Source of the DNA: a virus
DNA: 64,000 nucleotides
Strand: one strand, 5' to 3'
Virus record (IMG/VR): IMGVR_UViG_3300030060_007423
Coordinates: 96,001 to 160,000 of that record
Numbering within the stretch: position 1 is the stretch's first letter; each line of letters opens with the position of its first letter. A program made the translations under genes and the position numbers. This document shows, in pieces, positions 48,119-59,603 of this stretch. The notes below the pieces were generated by a model. That model saw only the letters and a program-made list of their open reading frames with translations. It did no database searches and was not told the origin of the DNA.

Positions 48119-48664
48119 ATGCCAGTTATTTGGCCAGGATTACAATCAGGTTTTACAAGTTTTTTACAAGGGCAAAGTGCAGCTGGCTTAGAGGATACTG
48201 CAAAAGAAATTGCAAAATTATATCATGATGCTGTTCAACAAGCAATGCCAGCAGTGGCACCAGGTGCAACAGTTTTAGGTCTAGACCCAAAGCCAATAGA
48301 GGATGGATTTTTAGATTCATTTCAACAAATTTTTGATGCAGAAAAAGATCTAGGTCCTGCAGGTTATTCTCTTGCTGCACTGGGTGTTGTAAATTACTGG
48401 ACAGGTAAAAGTCTAAAACCAACCCCACCACCTGGAATGACTGCAACAATATCACACACAATAACAATGGGAGGAGCTCCCTCTCCATTAGACGTACAAA
48501 TATATTCGGCATTTAAGGCAATGAGTGAACCTGCTGTTGCATCAGCATTAGTAGGAGCTTTCACTGCACATATAGCAACAGTAATGGGACTATGGACAGG
48601 AACAATGCCAGGACCTTCAGGAGTTATGCCGGCTCCACCCATTCCTTGGGTTGGATTAATGTAA
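48119..48664 (+). CDS. Putative virion structural protein
   Basis: Operon context. Confidence 0.5.
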   Translation: MPVIWPGLQSGFTSFLQGQSAAGLEDTAKEIAKLYHDAVQQAMPAVAPGATVLGLDPKPIEDGFLDSFQQIFDAEKDLGPAGYSLAALGVVNYWTGKSLKPTPPPGMTATISHTITMGGAPSPLDVQIYSAFKAMSEPAVASALVGAFTAHIATVMGLWTGTMPGPSGVMPAPPIPWVGLM

Positions 48665-48720
48665 TTTCTATTGTAGATAGATATTTATAATAGAAGTAAA
48701 TAAAGTTTAGGAGTTATCAT

Positions 48721-49182
48721 ATGAAAGCAAGTGATTTAGTTAAAATCATACGAAAAGTTGTAAAGGAAGAAATTTCTTTAGCAATACGAAAAGAGTTAAG
48801 ACCAATAATTAAAGAGGTCAAAACAAAAGCCGTTAAAAGAGTAGCTAAAAAGCCAGTAAGTAAAGTTCAATCTAAAAGTTTTACTTCTGATAATACATTA
48901 AATAGTATACTAAACGAAACGGCTCAACAAATAGCAAGTGAAAATGGTTCAGACTGGCCAACAATGGGTAATGGTCAAATGACTTCTCAAGATGCAAGAA
49001 ATGGATTAGCATCACTAATGGGAATGAATGATCCAAACCAAATGTTTGGTGGTCAACCATCAGCACAACAAATGATACCTGATGATAGGAAAGGTGCACC
49101 TGTACCTGAAGCATTAGAAAAAGCATTAACTAGAGATTATTCAGAATTAGTTAAAGCAATGGATATTAAAAAGGGAAAATAA
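48721..49182 (+). CDS. Hypothetical virion-associated protein
   Basis: VVKEE, ILNET and ALTRDYS segments. Confidence 0.55.
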   Translation: MKASDLVKIIRKVVKEEISLAIRKELRPIIKEVKTKAVKRVAKKPVSKVQSKSFTSDNTLNSILNETAQQIASENGSDWPTMGNGQMTSQDARNGLASLMGMNDPNQMFGGQPSAQQMIPDDRKGAPVPEALEKALTRDYSELVKAMDIKKGK

Positions 49183-49185
49183 TAA

Positions 49186-49623
49186 ATGCCATACGAAGTA
49201 CCAGGAGAAAATTTATTAGACCAACAACCTGACGTTGCTGTTGGAATATCTTTGCCATTAAATACAGATGGTGATTTTGGTGCTACGTATACAACAGTAC
49301 AACAAGCTCATAGTAATTTAATAAATCTACTAATGACAATAAAGGGTGAAAGACCCATGCAGCCTGAGTTTGGAACAGATTTACACAAGTTGTTATTTGA
49401 ACCTAACACTCAAGAATTAAGACCAAGAATAGAACATACTATAAAGGATGCTGTTAAAACATGGCTACCATATATTAATATAGTAATGATTGAAATAACA
49501 ACAAAGATAGATTTGTACCAGGTGTTTATTAAAATAACATATCAAGTTAATCCTAGTCAACAACAAGACATAGTTGAGATTGGAGCTAACTTGGCAACTG
49601 GTGGATTGGCACCAGCGTACTAA
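49186..49623 (+). CDS. Baseplate wedge gp25-like protein
   Basis: NLINLLMT.KGERPMQPEFG..L...LFE...WLPYI. Confidence 0.9.
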   Translation: MPYEVPGENLLDQQPDVAVGISLPLNTDGDFGATYTTVQQAHSNLINLLMTIKGERPMQPEFGTDLHKLLFEPNTQELRPRIEHTIKDAVKTWLPYINIVMIEITTKIDLYQVFIKITYQVNPSQQQDIVEIGANLATGGLAPAY

Positions 49624-49635
49624 TAGGAATTAAAT

Positions 49636-51519
49636 ATGTCGTATACTAATAACACACCAACAGGAACAAAAAATATAAAGTATTTGAACAAGTCATTCAG
49701 TGACTTCAAAAATAATCTTATACAGTTTGCGCAAACATATTATCCTGAAACATACAATGACTTTAATGAGTCTTCACCAGGAATGATGTTTTTAGAAATG
49801 TCAGCATATGTTGGTGATGTGCTATCTTATTATTTAGATTATCAGTTTAAGGAAAGTTTAATTCAACATGCCGAAGACGCTGGAAATGTATATAGGGCAG
49901 CGGAAGCATTAGGCTATACACCAACAGTAGCAGCCGCATCTACAGTTAACTTAGATGTTTTTCAATTATTACCTGCAACAGGTAGTGGTGATACTGTTGG
50001 ACCGGACTGGAGATATAGTTTAATTGTTGAAGATGGAATGAGAGCAGTTTCAACAGAAAATGGAACACCTTTTACACTTAATACACCAATAGATTTTAGG
50101 TCGTCAGGTTCAAGTCAAACTGAGGTTAGTGTATATAGTGTTGATGCAAACGGTGCACCTGATTATTATATACTTAGAAAACAAGCAAAGGCAACATCAG
50201 GTGAAATTAAAACATTTGATTTTCCAGTTGGTGCAGCTCAAAGAAGTCTTAGAATTTTAATGCCATCTGAACCAATAATTGAAATAACAAAATGTACAGA
50301 TAGCGACGGTAATGTTTGGACGTATGTACCTTACCTTGCACAAGATTTAACATTTGAAGAAGTACGTGTAACAAATGCTGTTGACCCAGGGTTAGCTGAC
50401 CAGTCAACAAATACACCATACCTATTAAAATTAAATAAAACAACAAAAAGATTTACATATAGAATAACAAGAACAGGAAGATTGGAATTACAATTTGGTT
50501 CAGGAACTGGCGAGCCTGATGAAACATTAGTACCTAACCCTGAAAATGTTGGTTCAGGTGTACCTGGTTCAGTTACACAATTGGATAAATCATTTGACCC
50601 TTCAAATTTTATATATACTAGAACATACGGTGAATCACCTGTAGAAACTACATTGACGGTTGAATATATTGTTGGTAATGGAATAGCCTCAAATGTAGCA
50701 GCAAATACAATCACTGGTGTTGAAAATGCAATATTAACAAATAATGAAGAAGGAATCAATACGGCATTATTAGATACTGTTAAAGGTTCAGTTGCATGTA
50801 CAAATCCAGAACCAGCGGCAGGTGGTAAATCAGCAGAGACTCTTGATGAAGTAAGAAACGCTGCACTTGCAAATTATGCTGCACAAAATAGGGCTGTTAC
50901 TAGGGAAGACTATATTACTAGAGTTTACTCTATGCCTAATAGATTTGGTAGTATTGCAAAAGCATATATAACACAAGACACACAAATAACACCACAAGGT
51001 GGAACACAGCCAAACCCTCTTGCACTAAACCTGTATGTATTAGGATATGATAAAGATTTTAAGTTAACAACATGTAATTCTTCAACAAAGGAAAATCTTA
51101 GAAATTATCTATCACAATATAGAATGTTGACAGATGCTGTAAATATTAAGGATGGGTACATTGTAAATATTGGTATTGATTTTCAAGTAATTGCATTACC
51201 AACATATAATGGAAGGCAAGTTGTTTTACAATGTATTGACAGATTAAAAACATATTTTGAAATTCAAAAAATGCAATTTAATTCTCCAATAATTATTAAA
51301 GATATAATAACAACTCTAGCACAGACTGAAGGTGTACAATCAGTATTAGGCGAACCAGTAGTAACAAACAAATATAGTGTAAGTGATGGTTACTCTGGAA
51401 ATAGATATGTTATAGAAAGTGCAACAAGAAACGGAATTATTTACCCATCACAAGACCCATGTGTATTTGAAATTAAATACCCAGATATAGATATTCGTGG
51501 TCAAGCATCATCATATTAG
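49636..51519 (+). CDS. Baseplate wedge gp6/J-like protein
   Basis: DFNESSPG.MFLE..AYVGD and GG...E...AQNRAVT.EDY motifs. Confidence 0.9.
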   Translation: MSYTNNTPTGTKNIKYLNKSFSDFKNNLIQFAQTYYPETYNDFNESSPGMMFLEMSAYVGDVLSYYLDYQFKESLIQHAEDAGNVYRAAEALGYTPTVAAASTVNLDVFQLLPATGSGDTVGPDWRYSLIVEDGMRAVSTENGTPFTLNTPIDFRSSGSSQTEVSVYSVDANGAPDYYILRKQAKATSGEIKTFDFPVGAAQRSLRILMPSEPIIEITKCTDSDGNVWTYVPYLAQDLTFEEVRVTNAVDPGLADQSTNTPYLLKLNKTTKRFTYRITRTGRLELQFGSGTGEPDETLVPNPENVGSGVPGSVTQLDKSFDPSNFIYTRTYGESPVETTLTVEYIVGNGIASNVAANTITGVENAILTNNEEGINTALLDTVKGSVACTNPEPAAGGKSAETLDEVRNAALANYAAQNRAVTREDYITRVYSMPNRFGSIAKAYITQDTQITPQGGTQPNPLALNLYVLGYDKDFKLTTCNSSTKENLRNYLSQYRMLTDAVNIKDGYIVNIGIDFQVIALPTYNGRQVVLQCIDRLKTYFEIQKMQFNSPIIIKDIITTLAQTEGVQSVLGEPVVTNKYSVSDGYSGNRYVIESATRNGIIYPSQDPCVFEIKYPDIDIRGQASSY

Positions 51520-51531
51520 GAGTATTAGAAA

Positions 51532-52659
51532 ATGATATTTAGTACATTTCCACAAAAAGATGCAACGCTTTACGAAGCGACAAGAAGTATGAATACAGGC
51601 CTAGACGCAATTCTTGAATTGACTAAGCATGGCCAAACTTCATCATCTTTACTTGCAAGCGGTTCCGTATTTAACACACGTATTCTTTTACAATTTGATT
51701 TATCAGAAATATCAAGTTCAATAACTGCAGGCACAATAGGTGCTGATGCAAAATATTATCTAAACTTGTACACATGTGAAGCAAATGATATAGCATCAGA
51801 GTATGCAATAACTGCTCACCCAGTTTCAGAATCTTGGACTATGGGTACAGGCAAATATTTTAACGACCCGGCAACAACAGATGGATGTAGTTGGAAGTAT
51901 AGAATAAGTGAGGATGACGGTACAGAATGGAGACAAACTGGATTTACTGTAGGAACAACAGGTTCTGATAATGCGTTTCAATCTGAGCCAGGTGGTGGTA
52001 CATTTTATACAAGTTCAATATGTAGTCAATCATTTAGTAATGAAACATCAGATGTTCGAATGGATGTGACTGATATTGTTAAGCAATGGATAAGCGGCTC
52101 AATAGAAAATAATGGATTCTTAATTAAGAGAAGTGGTACAGGTGCAACTTCACAAGAATTTGACACAACGCCATACGGTAGTCTAAAGTTTTTCTCAAGT
52201 GATACAAATACAGTATACCCACCAAGATTAGAAGCTGCTTGGGATGATAGCTCTCAAGTAACATCAAGCTTAAGTGAATTAACTGAGGATGATATATTGT
52301 TATATATGAAAAACAACAGAGGAACATATAAGCAAGAAGCAAAGGCAAAATTTAGAGTTACTGGAAGAGAAAGATTTCCTGTTGCAACATATGCAACGTC
52401 ATCCGAAGCATTAACTGTTAAACATTTACCAACCAGTTCTTACTATTCTGTAAAGGATGCTCATAGTGAAGAAACTGTTATTCCTTTTGATACTGGAAGT
52501 ACAAAAATAAGCTGTGATAGTTCAGGAAACTATTTTAAGCTTTGGATGTCAGGATTACAACCAGAAAGATATTATCGATTTGTGTTTAGAGTTGACCGTG
52601 ATGGTGGAAATAGAATAGAATATTTTGATGACAATTATATATTTAAGGTAGTGAGATAG
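51532..52659 (+). CDS. Virion structural protein (DNRLRE-like)
   Basis: KDAT.Y, RILLQFD, DVT.IVK.W...NNGF.IK and F.S.D...PRL motifs. Confidence 0.6.
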   Translation: MIFSTFPQKDATLYEATRSMNTGLDAILELTKHGQTSSSLLASGSVFNTRILLQFDLSEISSSITAGTIGADAKYYLNLYTCEANDIASEYAITAHPVSESWTMGTGKYFNDPATTDGCSWKYRISEDDGTEWRQTGFTVGTTGSDNAFQSEPGGGTFYTSSICSQSFSNETSDVRMDVTDIVKQWISGSIENNGFLIKRSGTGATSQEFDTTPYGSLKFFSSDTNTVYPPRLEAAWDDSSQVTSSLSELTEDDILLYMKNNRGTYKQEAKAKFRVTGRERFPVATYATSSEALTVKHLPTSSYYSVKDAHSEETVIPFDTGSTKISCDSSGNYFKLWMSGLQPERYYRFVFRVDRDGGNRIEYFDDNYIFKVVR

Positions 52660-52671
52660 GAGTAAATAGTT

Positions 52672-54018
52672 ATGCCAAGTTTAACTCAACTTTTAGGAGC
52701 CTCCCCAACAATAACAACCAATATGTTTGGGTTTCCACAGTGGCTAGGTGGAAAAGGATCATCCAATGCTTGGTATGGTACACCTCCTACACCTCCAATA
52801 CCGGAATCAATTGTTAGAGCATACAATGTAACAACGACCTTTGCAACGGAAAGTTATACTGCTCGTGAAACGGCTGAGCTCGTTAATACAATGGGAGTAG
52901 CAAGAACAGATGGAGTAGGTTCAAATTCAAATGGTGAACCAAACCCAGGACATGGTGTAACGGCACAAGGTGTTGTAATTTCACGTGAAAATGATGGCGG
53001 TGTTTTCAAAATACCAAATGAAAAAGTTTTCTTTGAAAGAACATCATATGCAAATGTATTGGATACTTCTTTCAAAGAATTAAAGCCAGATATTCCAGCT
53101 ATTGAGGCACCTGATGAACCTCCATTTTTACCACCGGTTATGAGATTACGAACCGACGTTGGTGGTGACCCAAAGCCAAGTGGTATTATTGTATATAATG
53201 GAAGATTTTGGGTATTAGGTGAAGACAAGGGTTATTGGGAAAGTACAATTCCAACGTCAACAGGAAAAATGATTGTTGAAGCTGGAGCGTTTGTTGTATT
53301 ATCAGCAGATGCTTGGAGTTATAAAACTGAAGCAGGCCAGGAAATTCGAGATGACTTAACATATGAATGGGTAATTGACGGAACAGTTGTATCAACTGAA
53401 CGTGGTTTAAGAATGTTTGATATTTGGTCTCAAGGTCATGCAAAACCAGGTACTGGTATATTTAGACTTAGTAATGATCCATTTTCACCAAAGTCATATG
53501 ACATAACATTAAAGGTAACAAATAAAGTTGGTACGTCAGTATCACAAATAGGAATAATTGTTTTAGGTGGGGAAGATTCTAGTGGAAATTATATTGACAC
53601 AGAAGACTTTATACCATACCAGGATAGAACCGGATTCTATATGAATTTCTATGATAGTACAAGAATCTCAGCACCATACACTGGTACACCTGTTGGTGAT
53701 GAAGGATTATTTGAAGTTGTTGTAACTGATGAGCTTTTATATTATCCTAATCAAACAGCAAATCTTTTACCATACACTGGTCCACCGCAATTTAATTTAT
53801 CAACAAATGGAACAACTGACTTAGGATCATTTGTTCGTGACCAAGATGGTGTATATTGGTATTGGTCTGGTATCCCAGCAATACAAACAACATATTCAAC
53901 AGGTGGAGGTAATTATGCAATTGCAACAAAGGGTGCAGGTAAAGGTACAGGTGTAGGCGGCGGTGATTCATTCTGGTGGAATGAAGGTAGTGACGCAACT
54001 AATTATAATTTATGGTAA
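52672..54018 (+). CDS. Virion structural protein with Ig/PKD-like segment
   Basis: LTYEWVIDG...YDITLKVTN.VG. Confidence 0.55.
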   Translation: MPSLTQLLGASPTITTNMFGFPQWLGGKGSSNAWYGTPPTPPIPESIVRAYNVTTTFATESYTARETAELVNTMGVARTDGVGSNSNGEPNPGHGVTAQGVVISRENDGGVFKIPNEKVFFERTSYANVLDTSFKELKPDIPAIEAPDEPPFLPPVMRLRTDVGGDPKPSGIIVYNGRFWVLGEDKGYWESTIPTSTGKMIVEAGAFVVLSADAWSYKTEAGQEIRDDLTYEWVIDGTVVSTERGLRMFDIWSQGHAKPGTGIFRLSNDPFSPKSYDITLKVTNKVGTSVSQIGIIVLGGEDSSGNYIDTEDFIPYQDRTGFYMNFYDSTRISAPYTGTPVGDEGLFEVVVTDELLYYPNQTANLLPYTGPPQFNLSTNGTTDLGSFVRDQDGVYWYWSGIPAIQTTYSTGGGNYAIATKGAGKGTGVGGGDSFWWNEGSDATNYNLW

Positions 54019-54029
54019 TGTATTAAAAC

Positions 54030-57000
54030 ATGCAAGATATATTTGGAAATAGAATACTAAAGTATACAGACGATAACATTAAAGTTATTCGTTCACTTGT
54101 CTCTACATCTCAGTTTGGTGAATATGCAAACACTGAAACATCTGGGTCATTAACAGACACAACACCTGACTATATCTTAACAAAAGTTATTAGTGAAGGT
54201 GAAGTATTAGAATCATTTACTGATTTACCATACCAAGTTGTTGAAGGTGAAATACAAGTTGACTTAGCTACCCACTTAAGAAATAAAGGCTATTCAACTG
54301 GAATGTTTGATATTGAAATGTCATTTCATAGAAACGTTGTTGGTTCAAATCTTGATGAAACTGAAGTGGGTACAAATGATAATAAATTATTTGTAAAGGA
54401 AATATCTCAAAAGAGATTGGAATTAAGACTAAATCCAGTTGCATATTCAGAATTAATATTTGATGAACAGATTGCATTTGGAGATTATGATCCAGTTACA
54501 TCTACAGCAAACACAGTATCAAATCCAGCCCAACCAGAGGAAGGTGCTGGACAAGAAAGTGTTGAAGGAACACCACTAACACAAACTATTGACTTTGAAT
54601 TAAACATTGGCGGATATGTTTTACCAATAATAAATAAAGTATTGGACTATATAGCAAATCCAATATCACCATATGATTTATTAATAAAACTTGAAGACAA
54701 ATTACCAGCCGAAATAAAAAAGAATGAAGTTTGTTGGGTATCACGAACACTTGCTGAAAAATTTACAACAAGTATAATTTTAGAATCAACAGCAGAATCA
54801 TCTGAACCATATAATCAACTAGGTCCTGCAAACTTTACGGTGCGAACAGGAACTGTTAGAGGTTCATCAACTGGGTTTGAATCATTTGATGATTTACTTG
54901 GTGCAGAAGATGAACAAAAAACAAGAATAATAAACGAATACTTAAGTGGAAGTTTACAAGGCATAGACCTTGCAATTGACCACAGGAAATATGAAAACTT
55001 TATACAATTTAGTTCAGCCGAAGAAAGACTTAGAAGTTTTGTACATAAGCTACAACAAATTGAATACTATGATACAAAAATTGCAGCAGTTTCAACAGAC
55101 TACCAAACAATAACTGCATTCACAGCATCAACTGATGTAACAGGTTCTGATTTCTTTTTATCCAATAAGGCAAAGTGGACAAACAAACGAAATGAAATTT
55201 TAGGTACATTTGACCATTATGATAGATACCTATATTACGAATCATCTTCATATGAATCATCTTCATTTGGAGAGTTTACACCAGCAACCTGGCCAAAGGA
55301 TAATTCAACAAAACCATATACCCTTGCACCATCTACTTCTTCAGCTGCACTAGAGTGGTTAGGAAATATACACAGTTCAGATGGTGAAGGAAAGGGACAA
55401 CTACATTCAGCATCATTATTTGATAATGAAAATCCAGCTGCACTTAGAAGTACAATTCCGCAATACCTAATAAATGATCCAGCAAATGATTCATATAAAT
55501 TATTTGTAGACATGGCAGGTCAACATTATGATATATTATTAAATTACATTAAAGGTTTAGGTAAGCTACATGATAGGGATGAAGGTTTAACAACTGGATT
55601 GTCAAAAGATACAATAAGTGAATTACTATCATCATATGGGTGGAATCCACAATTAGGATTTAATGTTGATGCACTTTGGAAATATGTTCTAGGTACAGAT
55701 AATAGTGGTAGTTATCAGGCAACAGAACCTGATGGAACATCTGTTATATTCAATCAAAGTGAGTCATTACCTAGAGACGAAATAAGTAAAGAAATCTTAA
55801 ACAGACTTCTGAACAATTTACCATACATTTATAAAACAAAGGGAACAGAGAGAAGTATAAGGGCTCTAACAAACTGTTATGGTATCCCAGATACTATTTT
55901 GGATATAAATGAATATGGAGGTCCTAGCCGTGATAAAACTGTAAATGTAAAACATAAACGTAAAAAGTTTTCATATGCACTACAGTTTGATGGTGATGAT
56001 TCTCAAATTAGTGTTCCTTGGCACCCAGTGACAGGTAGTGATGGATTTTCCGGATGGCCAGTACATCAAGAAATTAGAATCAATTGTTCAGGCTCTAGTG
56101 TAAAAAGAAATCAATCAATTCTTGCAACATCCATGAGTTCAGATACTGGATTTAGAACATTAGATACATTTTCAACTTCAAGTGCAGGTTGGAATCTTTG
56201 GATGGAACATACAGGTTCATATAGTGCAAGTAGTGACTATGGCCGATTACATTTTTATATTACAGGTAGTAATGAAACAGGCGATTCAGCAGCAACTGCA
56301 TCTTTTACATTTGATACAGCTGCACAAGGTGGTAAGATTACATTCACTTCACTTAAAGCTGATGCAGCAACATCAAGAACAAAAACATATATTGCAATGA
56401 CATCTTCAGTTGTGAATGGTTCAGTTGCAAGTGGAAAGGTACAGTTTTCAGCATCTGCAACATTAGGTGAAATGGCAAATAACTTTGCAGCTGCCGTGAC
56501 ACATAGTAATGGTCATGGTAATAGAATCTCAACAACCGTTGCTGGTGCAAAGGTAACATTGACCCAAGCCTTTTCAGGTTCAGCTGGGAATTTTCCAATA
56601 TCACAATCAGATAATTTTAATGGTATCGTTGCTGGAAATGTACCTGCAGCATTTGTTGCTGGAAAAGATTTACCTGGTAGAATGTTAAGTGCATCAACTG
56701 ATTGGATACCTTTATATAATGGTGATTGGTGGAACATTGGACTAAATACTACAACTGGAATTGAAACACATACAACACGTTCAGGTGCACCAAACGTTTC
56801 ATTCCAAATAACTGCAAAGCTGGCAGCCGACCATGCAGATGGTAAAGTTACGCATAGTGGAAGTGCTGAAATAAGTTTAACCCACATAACATCTCAAAGT
56901 TATCTTAGAGCTTGGACATACAATAAGAGCATAGCAACAAATAATGAAAGTGCAGTTTTTATTGGTGGTGTAAATGATAGTGAATGGGTATCACATGGAA

Positions 57001-58784
57001 TTCTAAATAAATTTTCAGGTTCTATGCAAGAGTATAGTCAATACACGGAAAGACTAGAAGATGATATATTAGACATTCATACATTGGCACCATCTGCAAT
57101 TGTTGGAAATCATTATACATCTTCATATGATACATTGATTAGAAGATTTCCAATGGGAACCGACTTAAATAATTTGAATCATAATACATTTACAATTATA
57201 TCATCAAGTCATCCACAACAATCAAATACAACATATGTAGGATTAGGGTCATCTGTATTTACATCACACGGTTCAGCATCAGGATTTACAGACACTGATA
57301 ATTATGAAACTGTTGATGAATACTATTTTACAACAATGCCAGATATTATTGGTGAAAGACCAATATCTCATAAAATAAGAATTGAGGATAATACATTAAC
57401 TTCACAATCACTTCAACCAATATTCACTGGAATAAGTGTTGAAACTAGTTCTTTTGATACTCACCCGGTTGATTCAAATAGGTTAAGCATTGGACTTAGC
57501 CCTTCACAAAACATAAATCTTGATATTGCATATCAGTTTGGTAATCTTTCATTTGATGATTTTGTTGGTGACCCACGTGACGAATGGAAATCTGAATATA
57601 CCACATTATCAACCGTTCAAGATGCATACTTCAAAAAGTTTAGTGGTGCATACAATGTAGGTGCATTTAGTAGATTATTAAAATTCTTTGATAAATCTTT
57701 ATGGCAACAAATTGAAAACTTAGTACCTGCAAGAGCAAATACATTTGTAGGTTTAATTATTGAACCAACAATATTGGAAAGGTCAAAGGTTAAAAGAACT
57801 AAACCTTCATTTGAACACTTATATTATACAGCATCAGTTTCTGTAAGTTGTATTCATACAGCAACTGTACCATCAACAACTACAGTGACAAATAGTGGAA
57901 GTTTATCAACGGCTGCATTTAGTTCACTTGATGACAACATAGATATGTTTGTAAATGATAGTGGTCATAGTTATAAAACACAAGGTTCAATATATAAGTA
58001 TGGTGTTAACACAGGTAGTGGAGCATATGAAACGACACAATCTGTTGAAATGTATGGAGTATTAACATCCGTTACAAGTTCAAGAGTTTCTGAAACATGG
58101 CAAGATTTAGACAAGTTTTTCTATCACCCGTCAAGTTCAGGACAAGATAGACATATAGAAGCAGCATATAGTGCAGCTGCTGATAATTTCTATTCATCAT
58201 CTAGAAAATTTGCAGAAGTTCAAGATTATAGACCAAGACAAATTAAAAATTTATATTATGAAGGTGTTAAAATTTTTAGTGAACTTGTAGGACATGCAAC
58301 ATCATCAGGTACAGGTTCAGTATATCTTACGTTCCCTTCACACGTTGCGTCAGGTTCAAGATATGCCGAATCAACACAAGTACCAGATGGTCAACCAGTT
58401 ATTGAAATATTTACTGTAAATCCAAACACGGTTGTTGTAGGTGGAACACCAGGACAAGTATCACAGGTACCATCGGCAGTTAACAATCTTAACCTTGCAA
58501 ATCTTACAATGGCACCTCCGTCAATAACTTTGGCAACAGGTAAAGGTGGTATTGCAGGTGTAACTGCTGCCGTGAAAGGTGCAACAAGTGCTGTAGCAAA
58601 TACGGTTTCAGTTGTTAGTGTTGCACCGGCTCCACCAAGTCCGTATGTTCCTATTGCAACACCGGTTAAAACAGCAGGTTCATCTACATCAACATCTGCT
58701 AAGTCGTCAACGTCAACAGTATCAACAGCTGCTAAGTCGTCAACACCTTCAGCACCAGTTTCATACGCTAAAGGAAAGAGTTAG
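54030..58784 (+). CDS. Large baseplate/tail structural protein (1584 aa)
   Basis: NLPYIYKTKGT..SIR.L..CYG (gp7/P2 gpI-like); LamG-like segments; S/T/A-rich tail. Confidence 0.7.
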   Translation: MQDIFGNRILKYTDDNIKVIRSLVSTSQFGEYANTETSGSLTDTTPDYILTKVISEGEVLESFTDLPYQVVEGEIQVDLATHLRNKGYSTGMFDIEMSFHRNVVGSNLDETEVGTNDNKLFVKEISQKRLELRLNPVAYSELIFDEQIAFGDYDPVTSTANTVSNPAQPEEGAGQESVEGTPLTQTIDFELNIGGYVLPIINKVLDYIANPISPYDLLIKLEDKLPAEIKKNEVCWVSRTLAEKFTTSIILESTAESSEPYNQLGPANFTVRTGTVRGSSTGFESFDDLLGAEDEQKTRIINEYLSGSLQGIDLAIDHRKYENFIQFSSAEERLRSFVHKLQQIEYYDTKIAAVSTDYQTITAFTASTDVTGSDFFLSNKAKWTNKRNEILGTFDHYDRYLYYESSSYESSSFGEFTPATWPKDNSTKPYTLAPSTSSAALEWLGNIHSSDGEGKGQLHSASLFDNENPAALRSTIPQYLINDPANDSYKLFVDMAGQHYDILLNYIKGLGKLHDRDEGLTTGLSKDTISELLSSYGWNPQLGFNVDALWKYVLGTDNSGSYQATEPDGTSVIFNQSESLPRDEISKEILNRLLNNLPYIYKTKGTERSIRALTNCYGIPDTILDINEYGGPSRDKTVNVKHKRKKFSYALQFDGDDSQISVPWHPVTGSDGFSGWPVHQEIRINCSGSSVKRNQSILATSMSSDTGFRTLDTFSTSSAGWNLWMEHTGSYSASSDYGRLHFYITGSNETGDSAATASFTFDTAAQGGKITFTSLKADAATSRTKTYIAMTSSVVNGSVASGKVQFSASATLGEMANNFAAAVTHSNGHGNRISTTVAGAKVTLTQAFSGSAGNFPISQSDNFNGIVAGNVPAAFVAGKDLPGRMLSASTDWIPLYNGDWWNIGLNTTTGIETHTTRSGAPNVSFQITAKLAADHADGKVTHSGSAEISLTHITSQSYLRAWTYNKSIATNNESAVFIGGVNDSEWVSHGILNKFSGSMQEYSQYTERLEDDILDIHTLAPSAIVGNHYTSSYDTLIRRFPMGTDLNNLNHNTFTIISSSHPQQSNTTYVGLGSSVFTSHGSASGFTDTDNYETVDEYYFTTMPDIIGERPISHKIRIEDNTLTSQSLQPIFTGISVETSSFDTHPVDSNRLSIGLSPSQNINLDIAYQFGNLSFDDFVGDPRDEWKSEYTTLSTVQDAYFKKFSGAYNVGAFSRLLKFFDKSLWQQIENLVPARANTFVGLIIEPTILERSKVKRTKPSFEHLYYTASVSVSCIHTATVPSTTTVTNSGSLSTAAFSSLDDNIDMFVNDSGHSYKTQGSIYKYGVNTGSGAYETTQSVEMYGVLTSVTSSRVSETWQDLDKFFYHPSSSGQDRHIEAAYSAAADNFYSSSRKFAEVQDYRPRQIKNLYYEGVKIFSELVGHATSSGTGSVYLTFPSHVASGSRYAESTQVPDGQPVIEIFTVNPNTVVVGGTPGQVSQVPSAVNNLNLANLTMAPPSITLATGKGGIAGVTAAVKGATSAVANTVSVVSVAPAPPSPYVPIATPVKTAGSSTSTSAKSSTSTVSTAAKSSTPSAPVSYAKGKS

Positions 58785-58871
58785 TGGTGAATGAATATAT
58801 ATACAATAAAAAGAGATAAATTTAGTTGACAATTATATTTATACTATATAGAAATACATTAGGGGATACAA

Positions 58872-59588
58872 ATGGGATATTTAGATAATACATCAGTAAC
58901 AGTAGACGCCATCCTTACAAAGAGAGGACGAGAACTTTTAGCTCAAGGCGATGGTAGTTTTAACATAACAAAGTTTGCATTGGCAGATGACGAAATAGAT
59001 TATAGGCTTTATGATTTTTCTCATACAAATGGGTCAAATTATTATGGTGAAGCAATTGAAAGATTGCCATTATTAGAAGCATTTCCAGACGATGATGCTG
59101 CAATGAGGTATAGACTTGTTACCCTAACAAAAAATACAACACAAATTCCAATTGTTGGTGCAGGTGGTGCAACAGCATATACTGTAAATTCTGGACAAGG
59201 TACATTAACAATATTAAATCCAACAACTACAAATGGAGTTGACCCTACATATACTGCAACAGTAAGTGATACAAATGTATTAACAATTGAAGCATTAGGA
59301 ACTGTAGTTTCTCAACCTGCAAATATGGGAACAGATACAATGGGTAATCCTGTTTCATATGCAAAAGGATCATCAAAGGGTGCTGCCACAATTACAGGTA
59401 CAACAAACGCTGTGCCAGTAACAAATACAGTTGTAACAGGTACAGGTGTAAGTGTACAAGGTACACAGTTTAGATTAACACCAGTTTATAATGCAGTTGA
59501 GGATAAAGTTGCTTCTGTAACAATAACTGGAAATGCAACAGGCGGACAAGTAGTTGTTACATTTACAGTGCTTAAGGCAACAATATAA
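58872..59588 (+). CDS. Virion structural protein
   Basis: MGYLDN...DAILT.RGRELLA...ITKFALADDEIDY. Confidence 0.65.
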   Translation: MGYLDNTSVTVDAILTKRGRELLAQGDGSFNITKFALADDEIDYRLYDFSHTNGSNYYGEAIERLPLLEAFPDDDAAMRYRLVTLTKNTTQIPIVGAGGATAYTVNSGQGTLTILNPTTTNGVDPTYTATVSDTNVLTIEALGTVVSQPANMGTDTMGNPVSYAKGSSKGAATITGTTNAVPVTNTVVTGTGVSVQGTQFRLTPVYNAVEDKVASVTITGNATGGQVVVTFTVLKATI

Positions 59589-59603
59589 TAAGGAGAGAAC
59601 AGA

